A stretch of 63,830 nt of DNA, filler included, from Sluysia triapertura (Eukaryota), in the NCBI GenBank assembly GCA_046118255.1. It is 5 parts of 5 records of this genome, joined end to end, with 100 filler letters (N's around TTAATTAATTAA, not from the genome) between each part and the next. Parts side by side here need not be neighbours in the genome. Positions count along the whole stretch, not along the records: positions 12,077 to 27,724 come from JBJNIA010222910.1; positions 27,825 to 41,830 come from JBJNIA010010430.1; 3 more parts are not named here. One strand, written 5' to 3'. Below the pieces are notes generated by a model. It saw nothing but the letters and a program-made list of their open reading frames with translations, was not told the DNA's origin and made no database searches. Below are positions 25,711 to 39,166 of the stretch, in pieces; positions within the stretch are counted from its first letter, which is position 1, and each line of letters begins with the position of its first letter. Position numbers and translations under genes: made by a program.

Positions 25711-27724
25711 TTCCAAATGTCTTAAGGCATAATTCTGGACATCAATAAGTTTTGTGTATACACGAAATGTACACAAATTAATTATCCACTATACTAAATT
25801 TTTATTTATTTTACTATATATAATAAAATTAAAAACCCATTTATAATTGAAAGAATTATTTTTGTAAAGGCATGGATTATTATTTATATATTATTTTATT
25901 TTATATAATTTTTATTTCTTAAAATATAAAATATAAATATAATGATTACAGGTTACCCTAATCATATTTAAACAAAAATATACATAAATGCAGCTATTGC
26001 ATTCTAGTTTTGGACAATGAAATTTAAATTCTAATTTTGTATTGTTTGTTTATTTTTATTAAATATTTTAAATGTTTAAATAATTTAAATAAAATCTATT
26101 CAAATTTTAATGAAAAAATATTAAAATTTTATAACACTTTACAAATGTTTGTTTAAATATTTAGCACTAATAATCAAATGAAAATATTGCATTGTACATT
26201 TTAGTTATTAATTTTTAATTTTCAATATATATTTTATTATTTGTAAATAACCAAATATACTCATAGGCATTAATATATAAATTATCTTATTGATCTACTG
26301 AATTTTAAAGTTTTAAAAAGAAATTGGAAACACCACGAAAAGTTTTTATTTGTCAAAATTAATTGGTATTGCTCGTTTTTCTTTTGAAAGTCCATATTAG
26401 AATAGTTTTGATTTAAGAATATGGCTACAATCCACTACTTATACCCATAAGTAAGAGTATGTGTATGTTTTAAAATTTAGCAGCTCTATTTATTCAAAGA
26501 GTGTAACATTATATTCAATTTCTGTAATTTAAAACACATTGCAAATTCTATAAATACTGCCGTTTTATTTCAACTTTAATTAACAAAATGAAAGAAGCTT
26601 ATAACTTAAATAGTAAGAAGCATATAACTTAAACTAGAAACCTGTGTTCAATAAGAAAAATTAAAATTAAGTGCAGGATTTTTATTTTAGTATATAATCC
26701 TTATATTATATATTTTAATGTTATAATGTCGTTATAATTAATGTTATAATGACGTTATATATATTTGCTAGATTAAATCTAAAATTCTTACTCTATTAAT
26801 CCTCCAATATTAAAATAATTTTTAACTATAATTTTATGTATATATTACAATACATCACTTATCAAATAAATATAAGAAAATATATTTGAACACAACAATT
26901 ACCAAGAAATCATGAGTAGATGAAATTCAGTATTATCAATAAACTATTATATCAAATTAAAAATTAAACAATAAAAAATTACAATTTTAATATCCTGCAA
27001 GGTTTATTAGAAAATTTAAATAAACTAGAGGTCAAGTTCACCTAATAAGGAGGTCCTGTTAGGCTTTTTTGAATTTTTATAACAAGTTACTTAATCTTAA
27101 ACTTCACGCCAATGCGTCACTTAGTTGCGTTTTAAAATTATCTTAAATTAGTTTTATTAAACAATAATAATAATTGTAATCACAAAATTACAATTAAAAA
27201 GATATAAATTATTTTGTATGACAACGGCAATACAAAATACTCTTTTATAACAAAATACAAATTATTCTTTATAACAATATTGCAAACTACTCTCTATAAC
27301 AACGTAAATTACTCTTTAAAAACAAATAAAACCAGGGGTGACAACTTAAATCTTTGCACCCTTACAAATGCAAAATATACGTATTACAAAATAAATCATT
27401 AACTCTAAATATTTATGTTGATCAATTGCTATTGATCATTTTTTATTGACTTATCAAATTAAATAAATTTTAATTAAGTTATTAACAAATGTACTTTAGT
27501 ATTTTAACAAATAAAACCTTGTAAAAGGTTATATCTTCGTATTTTTCATTGTTTTATCTTGATTCAAGTATTTGTTGCGTCTTTGAAGCTTATGAATTAT
27601 TAAGACTCGCTATTGTTATCTCGATCGTTTTATGCCTTAATAATTTTAACAGATAGTAAATCAAGTATAATTTTATCGTAACCTTATTTTATAGCTATGT
27701 CAATAACTATTATACCAGCTTCAA

Positions 27725-27824
27725 NNNNNNNNNNNNNNNNNNNNNNNNNNNNNNNNNNNNNNNNNNNNTTAATTAATTAANNNNNNNNNNNNNNNNNNNN
27801 NNNNNNNNNNNNNNNNNNNNNNNN
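27725..27824. other. Artificial contig-joining spacer
   Basis: Same 100-nt structure. Confidence 0.97.
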
Positions 27825-28234
27825 TATATATATAACAAAATATCAAGATGAATCGACATTATTGAAATAATTTTTATGATAAAAATATAATATTGAAGAA
27901 ATAAATAAAGAATTTATTAAGCTCCAGGGAATGTTTAATAATAAGCTATTGTAAAAGGACTTAATGTATTCTTATATTATTTATATTATATTTATATTTA
28001 TATTATTATTATTATTATTATTTTATATGAAATAGGATTAATTGCAAGGCAATTTTAATAAAATGTTACATTATTTAAGCAAATTTATATTCTTCATAAT
28101 AATAAATAATAATATAATTTCTAATCGTAAATATAAGGATTAATGTCACATATAATAATCAAAATTAATTCAGTTAATAATTCAAATTTTATATTTTAAT
28201 CTAGAAACTTAATAGAGATTTTAAATGACACCTG

Positions 28235-28271
<37 letters not shown>

Positions 28272-30243
28272 ATATTAATATTAATAGAATTAATTGGAAT
28301 AATTTAATTTAATTTTGATTTAAATTAGCATTTTTATTTAAAAACTGTACCGCATATGAGTACCTTTTTATTTATCAAGCAAATGCTCACGTAATTAACA
28401 AAATGTAGATATTTAAACTATAAGCAGTATTTATTTACCATAATAAGTTAAATAATAATTATTTTTGTTAGTAATAACAAACTGTAATATTTATTAAAAA
28501 TTATATTTAAAACTATATTGCTATTAATAAATTAAATAATAATGACAATATTTTTTCTAATAATTATAACTTTATTAATATTATTAATATATACTTATTT
28601 TAATGACAAATATGATAAATTAAAAATGTTGCAATTTGAAAGTTCATAAATAAATAAAAAAGTTTGATATAATTTAGTAATAATAATATTTTATAAATAA
28701 TTTTCATATTTAAAACAAACTCACGCATAAAAATATTTCTACATAACTATTGACACGTGCTTACATATAAAACATGTCACATCTCGCAAAATACCTACCT
28801 TTCACCAACCCGATTATACAATTCACATAATCTTCAACTTCACTGTACATAAAATCTATTATATAAATAATATCTACTTCAAAATAAGTTCTTAAAACCC
28901 TTTATTGAAATCATTTGTTACTGCATTTCCAAAATATAGTCATGATACGTTAAAATAAATGGTAATGCTAATTTCTTAGCATTAACAATAATAACTGTGA
29001 CCATATCAACATTATCATTATTATATTTGTTTATAATATGAAAATTGTTGTCAATAAATTCTGTCCATTTTACATTTTAATTAGCCTATTTGAAGGATGA
29101 ATTATTGGATTACGTAAACTAGTGTTAATTGTTATTATTTCTAAGAAATTAGAAAATTAAAGTGATAATTTTGTTAAAGGAAATAGTGAAATTGCAGATA
29201 ATTCAGACGCTCCATATTACAATAAATTTAAATAATTTTTGATAATATTAGTTCCGAAGTTACAGAAAGAGCAAAATGGAAAATTATTATTTTATGCTAC
29301 ATTTTTACAGAAATAATATATCTTAAAGAAAATATTTAAAGAATTATGTATTTTATGTTAATTAATGTTATTCGGAGATGCTATATTTAAAAACTATTTT
29401 CGAAGTTGAATTCAGATTTATGTATTGTAAATAAAGTTTGGTTATATTTCGTTGTTTAAATAATATTAAAAATTAATTAAACAGATTTAAAATTGTCGAA
29501 ATATGTGATTTGATATATGCTAATGTTAATTTATGTTTTATTAAATTTGATATGTACCGTACAAAAAATATGTTCACACATTCATGTAATGATGAAAAAG
29601 AAACTCATTGGCGTCAGGAAGAAACTCATATTTTATGAACAATTGTACCTGTAATTATAATAGTTACAAAGGTAATGGTGATACTATTAATATAAATCAT
29701 AAATTTAAAATATTACCAAAAATTATAATAATTATAATTGTATAACTATATTAAAGATAAAAACAGTATATCTGCATTAATTTTCTCTTGCAAAAATTTT
29801 CTTAAAATCATCAATTTCATACACAATTTCAAATTTAATGATTTTATAAATTATCTTTCAAAAATGTTTCTTTTTGCACAAAATCTAATAAAACTAACAC
29901 ATTTCATTTTAAAATACGAAAACTGTGTAGCAAATACAAAGAAAAACTCTCCAAAAAGACAGCGCAAGCAATATGCTATGTAGTAATCCACCTATTACCC
30001 AAATACGATTAATATTCAATATAACTTCAAATCAACCCATTCACAATTACATTACCACCAATTCGATCAATATTTCAATGATAAATAACATCAACCACAC
30101 AATGTAAAATTGTTTGTTTTCTAAGTACATTTCATTGCTGTTTATATACACAATTAAAACGTTAAACGTTAAATGAAATGTAAATTTCAAATTAATCAAG
30201 GTTAGTAAAAAATAGTTTAATTAATTTGAAAATAACTTCTGTA

Positions 30244-31340
30244 CAGGCATCCCTCATTTAACACGGCGCAAATCAAAATCATATAATATTAGTACAAATC
30301 AAGGCAAACGAAACCCATTTTCGTGTTAAATCGAAAACATAAAAGTGCAAATCTAAACCAAATCTTATGGTGTAAATTTTTTTGACTCAGTAAAATATTA
30401 AAGTAGAAAAAAAGTTTATTCTTAGATTGTTTGTCAAAAAACAAAAATACGAAAGACGAGAAATTATATTAGAATAAAACTACAAAATAAAAGGTTTATT
30501 AAAATTCCCGCTCTAATTTCTTAATCATGCCCTACAGTTGTTTTTCTGTCATTATATAAGTTATCTGACAAAGATGAAGCTGTCTGCTTATATTGATGTT
30601 CTTCATTTTTAATAATCTTCATATAAAGAGATATATAGCCTTGCACTTCTCTTTAAAATTTCCCGCTACGTATAACAAAATAATCTAATATTCTAGCTAA
30701 AGATATTCCTTCTTGCAGATAAACTGAATTAAAAAAAGTAGTTTATGAAACATTATAAGCGTCTTTGTTTATGTTCCGTTTACGTGAAACGTGTTTCGCA
30801 CCTTTGAAACAGCAAGCGACTACACTGTTTCTAATTTGTATTCCATTTTTAGAATAGGTCGAACTGTAGCTTCATTAAATTTAATGAATTTGCAATATTT
30901 GATGTCGCACATCCTCTTTCCTAAGGTCTAGAATTTCAATCTTTTGTTCAGGTGTAATAATCTTTCGTTTAAATTTTATTTCCTTGTTCTTCTCAGGTTT
31001 TATATAAATATGGGGGTCAATGTTAAATTTTAAATAAAATTAATGGCACTATTTTTTATAAATGAAGAGTATACATTTTTATTAATTTAATAGTATAATT
31101 GAAGATTATATAACTTATTGTTATTCTTTTCACATTTTACTATTTATTTTTAAAAAATTTAAAAAGTCATTACTTTCATTTACAAATACTGAATGATACC
31201 GTCAGAGTAAATAACTGCTTTTAATCTAAAACAGCCTTTAATTCATTCATAAATCTTCTTGCTTAACTATTTTGGTTTCAATATCGAAACCGTGTTTTCG
31301 AAGTCGCAAACTTTGCACCGTGTTAAACGAGAGATGATTT
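30244..31340 (-). mobile_element. Tigger/pogo DNA transposon relic (truncated transposase)
   Basis: TA-CAGGCATCCCTCATTTAACACGG pairs with CCGTGTTAAACGAGAGATG. The minus strand encodes KRKIITPEQKIEILD...NEATVRPILK, a CENP-B-type N-terminal HTH. Confidence 0.75.
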
Positions 31341-34300
31341 CATTTAATTATTTCATTTAATCCACTCGACATTTCCAATTTAGTTTCACCTAAATAAAAA
31401 TTAAAAATCACCGTTCAAAAGCTATTCCCGCCAAGCCACATATCCAGCTTCATACTTATATTAATAAATTATTAATTTCATTAATCACAAAATGACAATA
31501 ACAAATTAAATAATAATAATTTCTAAAATTTTACCAACTACTATTTTAAAAGTAAAATGAACTTGATTTTTACTTTTAATGTTTTTTCGTTATATTTTAT
31601 GAACTAATTTAATTAGATATTATTTATAATGCTAAACAAACTCCACCTCGCCAACACTTAAATTATCGATTGTATCTTCAACAACAATAATAATAAAACA
31701 AAGTGGAGTACTTTTCTAGCGCTTATTATTCTTTTGTTTCTTGAAATTCAATCTCTTTTTCTATTTATTATTACTTTCATTTTTTCTCTTTTTTTTACAA
31801 TCAATCATAACTTACTTAAACTTATCTTTTATTTTACTAAGTATTTCGATTTTATATTTATTTTTTGACTAAGTTAAAAGTAAATTTAATTAATATAATT
31901 ATTTTTGTTTTAATGCTTTACTGATTTATATTGTAAAAATTTAGATTGTCCCAATTTTCATTAAGGTTAGTACTAATAAAATTTATTTTTATTACAAATT
32001 TTACTAATATTAACCAATTTAATTTTATAATAAATATTAATCAAATTGTGTTATTATTTATTTATTTTAGCAAAATTACGTTTTTGTAATCATAATTATT
32101 TTAAGATTTTAAAAAATTCATAGACCTATTCTTTATTACTTTTAATTTTTTTGATTTTGTAATGATTCTACTTATCGTTTTCTTAAATCGATTTAATAGT
32201 TTTTCCACAAGTTTAGTTCATAAACTTAGAACTTACTTTTCCTTAAAATTTAATTAATAATGAATAATTAATTAATTAATTTTATTATTCACTTATTATT
32301 TTAAAACGACTAAATAAATAATATTTGTGAATTCATTATTGAATGAATATAAAAAATAGATTGATACCACTTTCTTTTTGTTTCTACCTAATAGTATTTG
32401 TTTTTCTAAAGATGCAGGTGTATTTTGTTTTGTTGCAAATATTTGGAAGACTTATTCGTGGCCTTAGTTGGAAAATATTTGCAACCTTTGTAATAATTAA
32501 GCTACAAATTATATATTAATGCTTGTCTAACTGTGAACATGAACAATTTAATGGATTTGTCTACAATTTACGACTTAAAACATATAGTATGGGTAACTGT
32601 ATCTGTAAAAAATAGTGCACAAGGCAGATGATATTATCTTAATTAATGTATTTCATATTTTATGCGATACTAACATAATTATCGTGGTTTATAATTGAGC
32701 CCATTAATTCTAGCAATATATTTATTAGGAGGGTCTGTTTTTGATGTAATTCTTATGTCAATTTGTCCAAGCAACACAAAACTTGAATTTAAATTTAAAC
32801 AAAATTTTAAAAAAATTATAAAACGGAATACATAAAAAATTGAAAATCAATCCAACACAAACAAAAATCGAAATAAATCAATAAATATATAAATAAAAGG
32901 CTTCGAGAAAATAGACTTTCAATTTTAATTTCATTACTTTTTTTCAAATTGTGTGATGTTAGCCCTCATTAAATTGGAGTAAAGTTTTACAAAGTGTACC
33001 TTATGATTTGAACAACAAAGTTAATGAATTTGTTATAATATTGTCGAATAAGAATAAAATGAATCATCAAATAATTTCAGTAATTATTTCCACATGGAGA
33101 TTAAAATTTGTACAAAGTAAAAGTGTACTTTTTTAGATTTATTTCATCGATATGGAATCAATATTTATACTGATTAACGGAGAATCAGATTACTTTAATT
33201 TAGGTGAAAGTTTTTCTTCGACGCTATTATTATTATTATTATTATGCTTGTATTTTTATTATTATTATTTTAAACTTATTAATTATTAAATTGATAAATA
33301 TTTTGTGATTGTGAGCAGTACAACTTAACAAATACCATCAAAAATATAAGTGATACCTGAAATATAAAATATAGTGTAGAAACTTATATTTTACATATAG
33401 AATTAATTATTCATATAAGCTAAAATTTCACATTTAAATTAGTAAGTGTAAAGATATTTTAAATGTAGATAGAGGCTTTTGCAAGCATCAAAATATTAAG
33501 AAAATATTTTGAAAAGAAAATATTAAGATAAACTTAATCTAAAATGGATCTAAATCAAAGTATTAAAGTTGAAGGAGATAAAGAAGAAATGAAGTGGTTA
33601 CCTTCTGAGAAACCATTAAATTTTCTTTCAAAATAGCTACAAGTAAACGTAAAATCTCCAAGATATACATTAAAGATTATTCCAAATCGTTTTGAAAGTT
33701 TTTCTTTAGTTATATTTCGTTAAATCTAGAAATGTAAAATTGTTTTATTAAACATTGCTATTTTTTCTTTTTATATTTATTTAAAATCGCACAGTGAGTG
33801 TAAAAATAAAATAACAAATTATCAGTGATACAAATAAGACTGTTTTTTTTAATTTTATAAATATAAAAATATAATATTTATAAATATAAATACATTATTA
33901 ATATTCTATAGTCAATCAATAACTACATAGCTTATATCACTGTTAATAAATTATTCTCAAGACATTTTTCTGAAATTTTATCGATTTATTATCGAAATTT
34001 ATGTACATTTATGCTATCGTATATTTCCTTTTAAAACGGTTGTTTTAAACGACTGTTATTTTTATTCATTAATTTTGTTTTATAATCCACAAATCAATAA
34101 ATTTAAACTTCGAATAATATAATTGTAAACAATGTTTTTCTTTCATTTTTAAAAATAAAAGTCATAAATTTTATTGAAGGAAACATTAATACTTTAATAT
34201 TTCAAGAAACAAAATACGAATATAAATTATAAATATTATTGGAGAAGAATAATTAATTTGATTTAATATAACATAAAAAAAGACGAAACATTTATAAATC

Positions 34301-35486
34301 ATTTTTTCGTTTTCTATTTTTTAAATGCTTCGCTAAATATATTTTATCAAGCAATTTAGTACAAATTAATGAAATTTTTATTTATTATAACTTCTACTTT
34401 ATTAAAAACAATAACATTTATAATTTCTAAAATATTTTATATTAGTTTGTTTTAACTTTATTTAAAAAATAATATTTAAGTAAGTATAACTTAAATGATA
34501 TTATTTGATCATTAAATTTATATTAAATTTGTATTAAATTTATAAATATATTTATAATTTTCAAATAAAAAAATGGAAAGAATATTTATTTTCGTGTTAA
34601 ATAATTTTGGATACCAATAATTCCCATGATCTTCTTACATGTAAAATTAGTCATGTGAATGATTCATTATTAATTGTATTTCTTGCACTTTTCACTATGG
34701 AATTAAGTACAAAGTATCATTGTTAAAATTTGTGTTATTAGTTATCAATGAATGAACAATTAGTTTAGTTGTTTATTTATTAATAAATTTTCTAATATTT
34801 ATATTTTCTTTAAGTGATATTTTACAATATTTTAACATTGTTTTCTTCCATGTTCATTTTTTAATCCATACAACATCTTAGTTTCAGTTTGCTTCTCACA
34901 TTTTACCACCTACAGTTAACTTTGTTTCGTTTATTTTTAAACATGGCTATTTTTGTTACTGAAGATTATAAATAATTAAATTAATAAAGAACAAATAAAA
35001 TTGTATTTTGAATTAATTTGGTCTTAACTTTTAATAGAATTTCGAACATTATTTATTATTTATTATTTGGATTGTATTTTTATGAATGACTTATTTTCAA
35101 TAGTAAAGAATCATTTTACAGTATTTAATGTTTAGTTTAATAAATCATTGGAATTTAAAAGTTGCATTTATTAGAATTAATAATTAATTGATTAATTAAT
35201 TAATAATAAATGATTCTATTATTCAATTGTGAAAATTAATTTTGAAATAGTAATTTTATGAAACCAAAACGTTATAGCAAATATTTTTAAATTCATTTAT
35301 CTTATTTATATTGAAAAATGACAAATATAGTCAAATTTACCAAAGGCAAGTTTTATAATAAAAATGAATTTTAGATAGACTCAAATAACCCGCCTTTTTT
35401 CAATCAGCAAATTTTGATTGTCTCGAAAAATTGAGTACAGAGAAAATAGTTTCTTTTATTTTCTTCTAATATAAACAAACAATACA

Positions 35487-35528
<42 letters not shown>

Positions 35529-35866
35529 GAAAATAAAGCGAAATTGTTTATTATTTAGCTGAAGCATATTAAAAAGGAATATTTAAAGAAAAATTAAACG
35601 CAAGAATAAATAATCATTTTTTATTTTAATGAAAATTTAATAGAAATAAAATTTAATGTATATCTGAATTTAAATATGGTAATAAAATATGGAATGAGTC
35701 ATACTAATGAAATTAAATTAATGGATTACTCAAAATGGAAATGCAAATATAAAATTAGATATTTTTAATAATTAATTTCGTTACTAATTTAACAAATACG
35801 TAATACTTTATAAATATAAATATTAATTATAAATATTAATTATAAATATTAATTTGTATTTTAAGA

Positions 35867-36012
35867 NNNNNNNNNNNNNNNNNNNNNNNNNNNNNNNNNN
35901 NNNNNNNNNNNNNNNNNNNNNNNNNNNNNNNNNNNNNNNNNNNNNNNNNNNNNNNNNNNNNNNNNNNNNNNNNNNNNNNNNNNNNNNNNNNNNNNNNNNN
36001 NNNNNNNNNNNN
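35867..36012. other. Scaffold gap (146 N)
   Basis: Plain N run. Confidence 0.97.
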
Positions 36013-36759
36013 GTATTTAAAATAAAATTATTATTTATTAATTTTGAATTATGGTCATTTAAAAATTAATTTTTTATTATGAAATTTAGTTTAATAATTA
36101 TTAATTATAATTTTAATTTTAATTATTTTAATGCTTATTTTTATACTGACAATTGACTTAAAATTGTTCTGAGTTTGACATAAACATGTTAAAGTGTAGC
36201 AAATTTTTTTGTAACATTATTGCATAAATACAAAGATTTTCTTTTAGATTTGTACATTTTAAATTTAGTTTTATTTGTCAATCAATAGATTTTGATAAAT
36301 CGTAATAAAAATAGGGATACTCCAAATGATTTATGACTTTGACAAAGTTTACTTTTTATAATAAAGTTATTTTTAACGACACATTCAAAATAATGCATCA
36401 CAATAAGCTTGAATATTGATCAATAAATAATTTCCAGACCGTTTTTTTAATTTGTTTAATTTTAAATTAAATGCATATGTCTGGTTTGGAAAAAAATAAT
36501 TCTATTGTATAACACTTTTCTGAAATATTTATATAAATTTTAATTAATTAATTTTGTATATTGATTTTAAATCATCAAGTGATAACATAAAATAATTAAC
36601 AATAATTAAAATAATAAATAATGATTGAAAGTATAATTTTTAATATTAAGTAATAATACACAGATTTCAATGTATTAGAAATAAATAAATGTAAAAAGAT
36701 TACATTTAAATAAACATTAAATAATTTAAAAATAATGCATTATTTTTTTTTACATTTAG

Positions 36760-37042
36760 AGCGTCGACAAATCAACCAATAAGCATTCAACAATATTTTC
36801 AAAACTCTTTTAAACTTCAAAAAAGTTCCGCTAAACCAATTTCTTCTTTATTATCAACACAAGTATTCATGCCTCCAGAACATGTTAGTTTAAATCATCA
36901 TCATCATCATCAACAGCATCAACAACATTCCAACAAATTATCATGTAATATTCCATCATTTTCAGACTGCCTAAAAGATAATCCTCCACCAATTCCAAAT
37001 AATCTTTTAAAAATGCCTCAAAATCGTCAATTAAACTCTAAA
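36760..37042 (+). CDS. Isolated internal exon encoding a low-complexity His/Gln/Pro-rich peptide (gene unknown)
   Basis: Polypyrimidine TTTAG acceptor and AAA|GTAAGT donor flank an open frame: ASTNQPISIQQ...HHHHHQQHQQH...PPPIP...NSK. Confidence 0.5.
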
Positions 37043-37063
37043 GTAAGTCTAAATAACAATACT

Positions 37064-37066
<3 letters not shown>

Positions 37067-37117
<51 letters not shown>
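37067..37117. repeat. (AAT)n microsatellite
   Basis: About 17 units just after the donor at 37043. Confidence 0.95.
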
Positions 37118-37120
<3 letters not shown>

Positions 37121-37199
37121 ATATTTTTAATTTCTCTAGTTAAGAATTTAAACATATGATACGACTGATTATGTGTTCTTCTTTTACAAATTTGGTACA

Positions 37200-37560
37200 T
37201 TTACACAACCATATAAATTATTAATATCTACGTACAATAAACGATTTTCGAAAAACCTAAACATATCAGGATCATTTAAAAGACATTAACTCATCATATT
37301 TTGATTTAATTGCTGATGTCAAACTTAAACCAAGTAATGATAAAAAAGTTCACTGGATCTAAATGGTCTTCATTTATGGCTCTTTCCATAAATTCCTCAA
37401 AAAAAGGTCTAATTTTGAGGAGGCCATCATGTAATCAAATAAATTATCACAATTTAACTCTTACCGCGATTTTAATGCCTTATTATAATCGTCGTCACAT
37501 ATGTCACTATCCTACTTTGGTAGTAATTATTCAATATTTTGTAGTACACAGAGTGAATAT
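37200..37560 (-). mobile_element. Polinton/Maverick-type protein-primed DNA polymerase B fragment
   Basis: SDICDDDYNKA...NCDNLFDYM...FEEF...LDPVNFLSLLGLS...DPDMFRF...LLYVDINNLYG parallels pPolB ISDEDY..A...C..L.DY / LDP.HY...PGLS / D.DMY.F / YLDANNLYG. Disrupted by stops, frameshifts and deletions. Confidence 0.7.
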
Positions 37561-38980
37561 TGAAAGTATGTTCGTCCTCCAATAATAATAAATAAATGAA
37601 TGCTTCAATATTATACATACTTCTTTGTAATGTATTAATACATGGATTTTTAAATATGTCATCCTTATCATGGATATCACATTCATCAATAGCATCATAT
37701 TTAGAAACATTTATCTGTAAGTAATTTAATCGTTAAAATTTAAACATGTTAAATATAGTCATGCAGAAAACAAAATTTTTATAATTAAATTCACCCAGAT
37801 ATTTTGCGTAATTGCTAACACGAAATCTACGACATTTATTTATAAAATAATATTTCAAAATTGATAATATTGAATATTAATAAGAGTACGTATTAACTTA
37901 TTTTCTGTCTTAATGCACATCAATGCTCATAATGTCTTTATGTTATTCAAAAAGGAAGGCTTGAAATACGTGTTTATGCTAAAAGTTCTTTGAAAAATCA
38001 AGTGGACAGTGTGTGATAAATTATTGCTAATTCATATATGCCACTATTTTCTTATGATGTTTTATATATGAAAGTTTTAAGTAAATCAAAATTTTGGTAA
38101 CACAAATCTTTTCGCTATATTAATTCTTCAAGTCTACACTAGTAACAAATGTAGAAAACGTTTTCCAGTTCAAAACGCGCTATTTTTCGTGAAATACATG
38201 TATCCGTCCTTCATCTTATTTATATCTTATTAAATTTTAGATTTCAAACAACTGGAAGTCATCGTGGTTTAACAATATATTTCAGTGTTGGTGTTTTAAG
38301 AAAAAAATTTATAAGCTTTTGTAATTGGTCGTATATTATAATCGACATATTTTATTCATTATATGTTACTTTAGTTTAATATGATTTTAGGAAAAGCTTG
38401 TTCCTCATTAATGCAAATGCTAAAATGCTGCGCCCAGAAAGTGTAATTTATAATAAAATTAAAAATTGTAACGAAATAAAGCGTACTCTTAATAAAGTAT
38501 AAAAAACTCGGTATTCGGGTTGAAATAAACCTGAACCATAGGCCTGTCGTGTTCAAACCATCTCTGTGATTATATTATATCATTCACACTGATATATACA
38601 AATAATCAAGAATAAAACTAACAACTTAAGAACTACTTTAAATCTTATATATTTTTTAACAAAGCTCAAATTCACAAATTACTAAATATTTTTATACTAC
38701 CAATTAAAATTTATAATTCCAATCTTTCGCAATAACATTAAGCAATTCTAACGTCCACGAACATTAAAACTAGAAGTGTGAACATATTGTTGTTGCCATC
38801 GCAATTCGCTGTCATTTTTATGTTCTATCATTTGGTATTTCTCATTTTTATTATTTATGAATTTTTTTGGTTTCTTGTACAATCGAGAGTTACAGTGCAT
38901 TGTCTAAGAACGTTAACAACTTTTAAAATAACTTTTTTTATTCAGTTTCATTCATAGGCACTTTATAATTTCATAATAAG

Positions 38981-39166
38981 TATAATGTTAAAGTATAAGG
39001 CGAAGATGGAGCTGTTATACATTTTAAAATCAAGAAAAATATAGCTTTGCTAAAATTACTGAATGTATAGTGCGGTAGACTGGAAATATATACTCCTACA
39101 ACGTTGAACATGGAAGAAGATGATACTATTGATACGTTTCAAAGTCAAGCTGGAGTTTGTGGATAA
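38981..39166 (+). pseudogene. SUMO pseudogene
   Basis: A single frame reads YNVKV*GEDGAVIHFKIKKNIALLKLLNV*CGRLE-IYTPTTLNMEEDDTIDTFQSQAGVCG*, compared with SUMO INLKV.GQDG.VV.FKIK...L.KLM.AYC.R...TP..L.ME..DTIDVFQQQTGG. Two stops and loss of the central RF.FDGQ segment. Confidence 0.85.

Noticed and set aside
7900-39166. Stop-codon reassignment (TAA/TAG at conserved E/Q/Y positions in the SR, PXMP4 and SUMO copies)
   Set aside because: The replaced residues are inconsistent, several of the relics also have frameshifts or deletions, and roughly 950 SEC24 codons contain no in-frame TAA or TAG.
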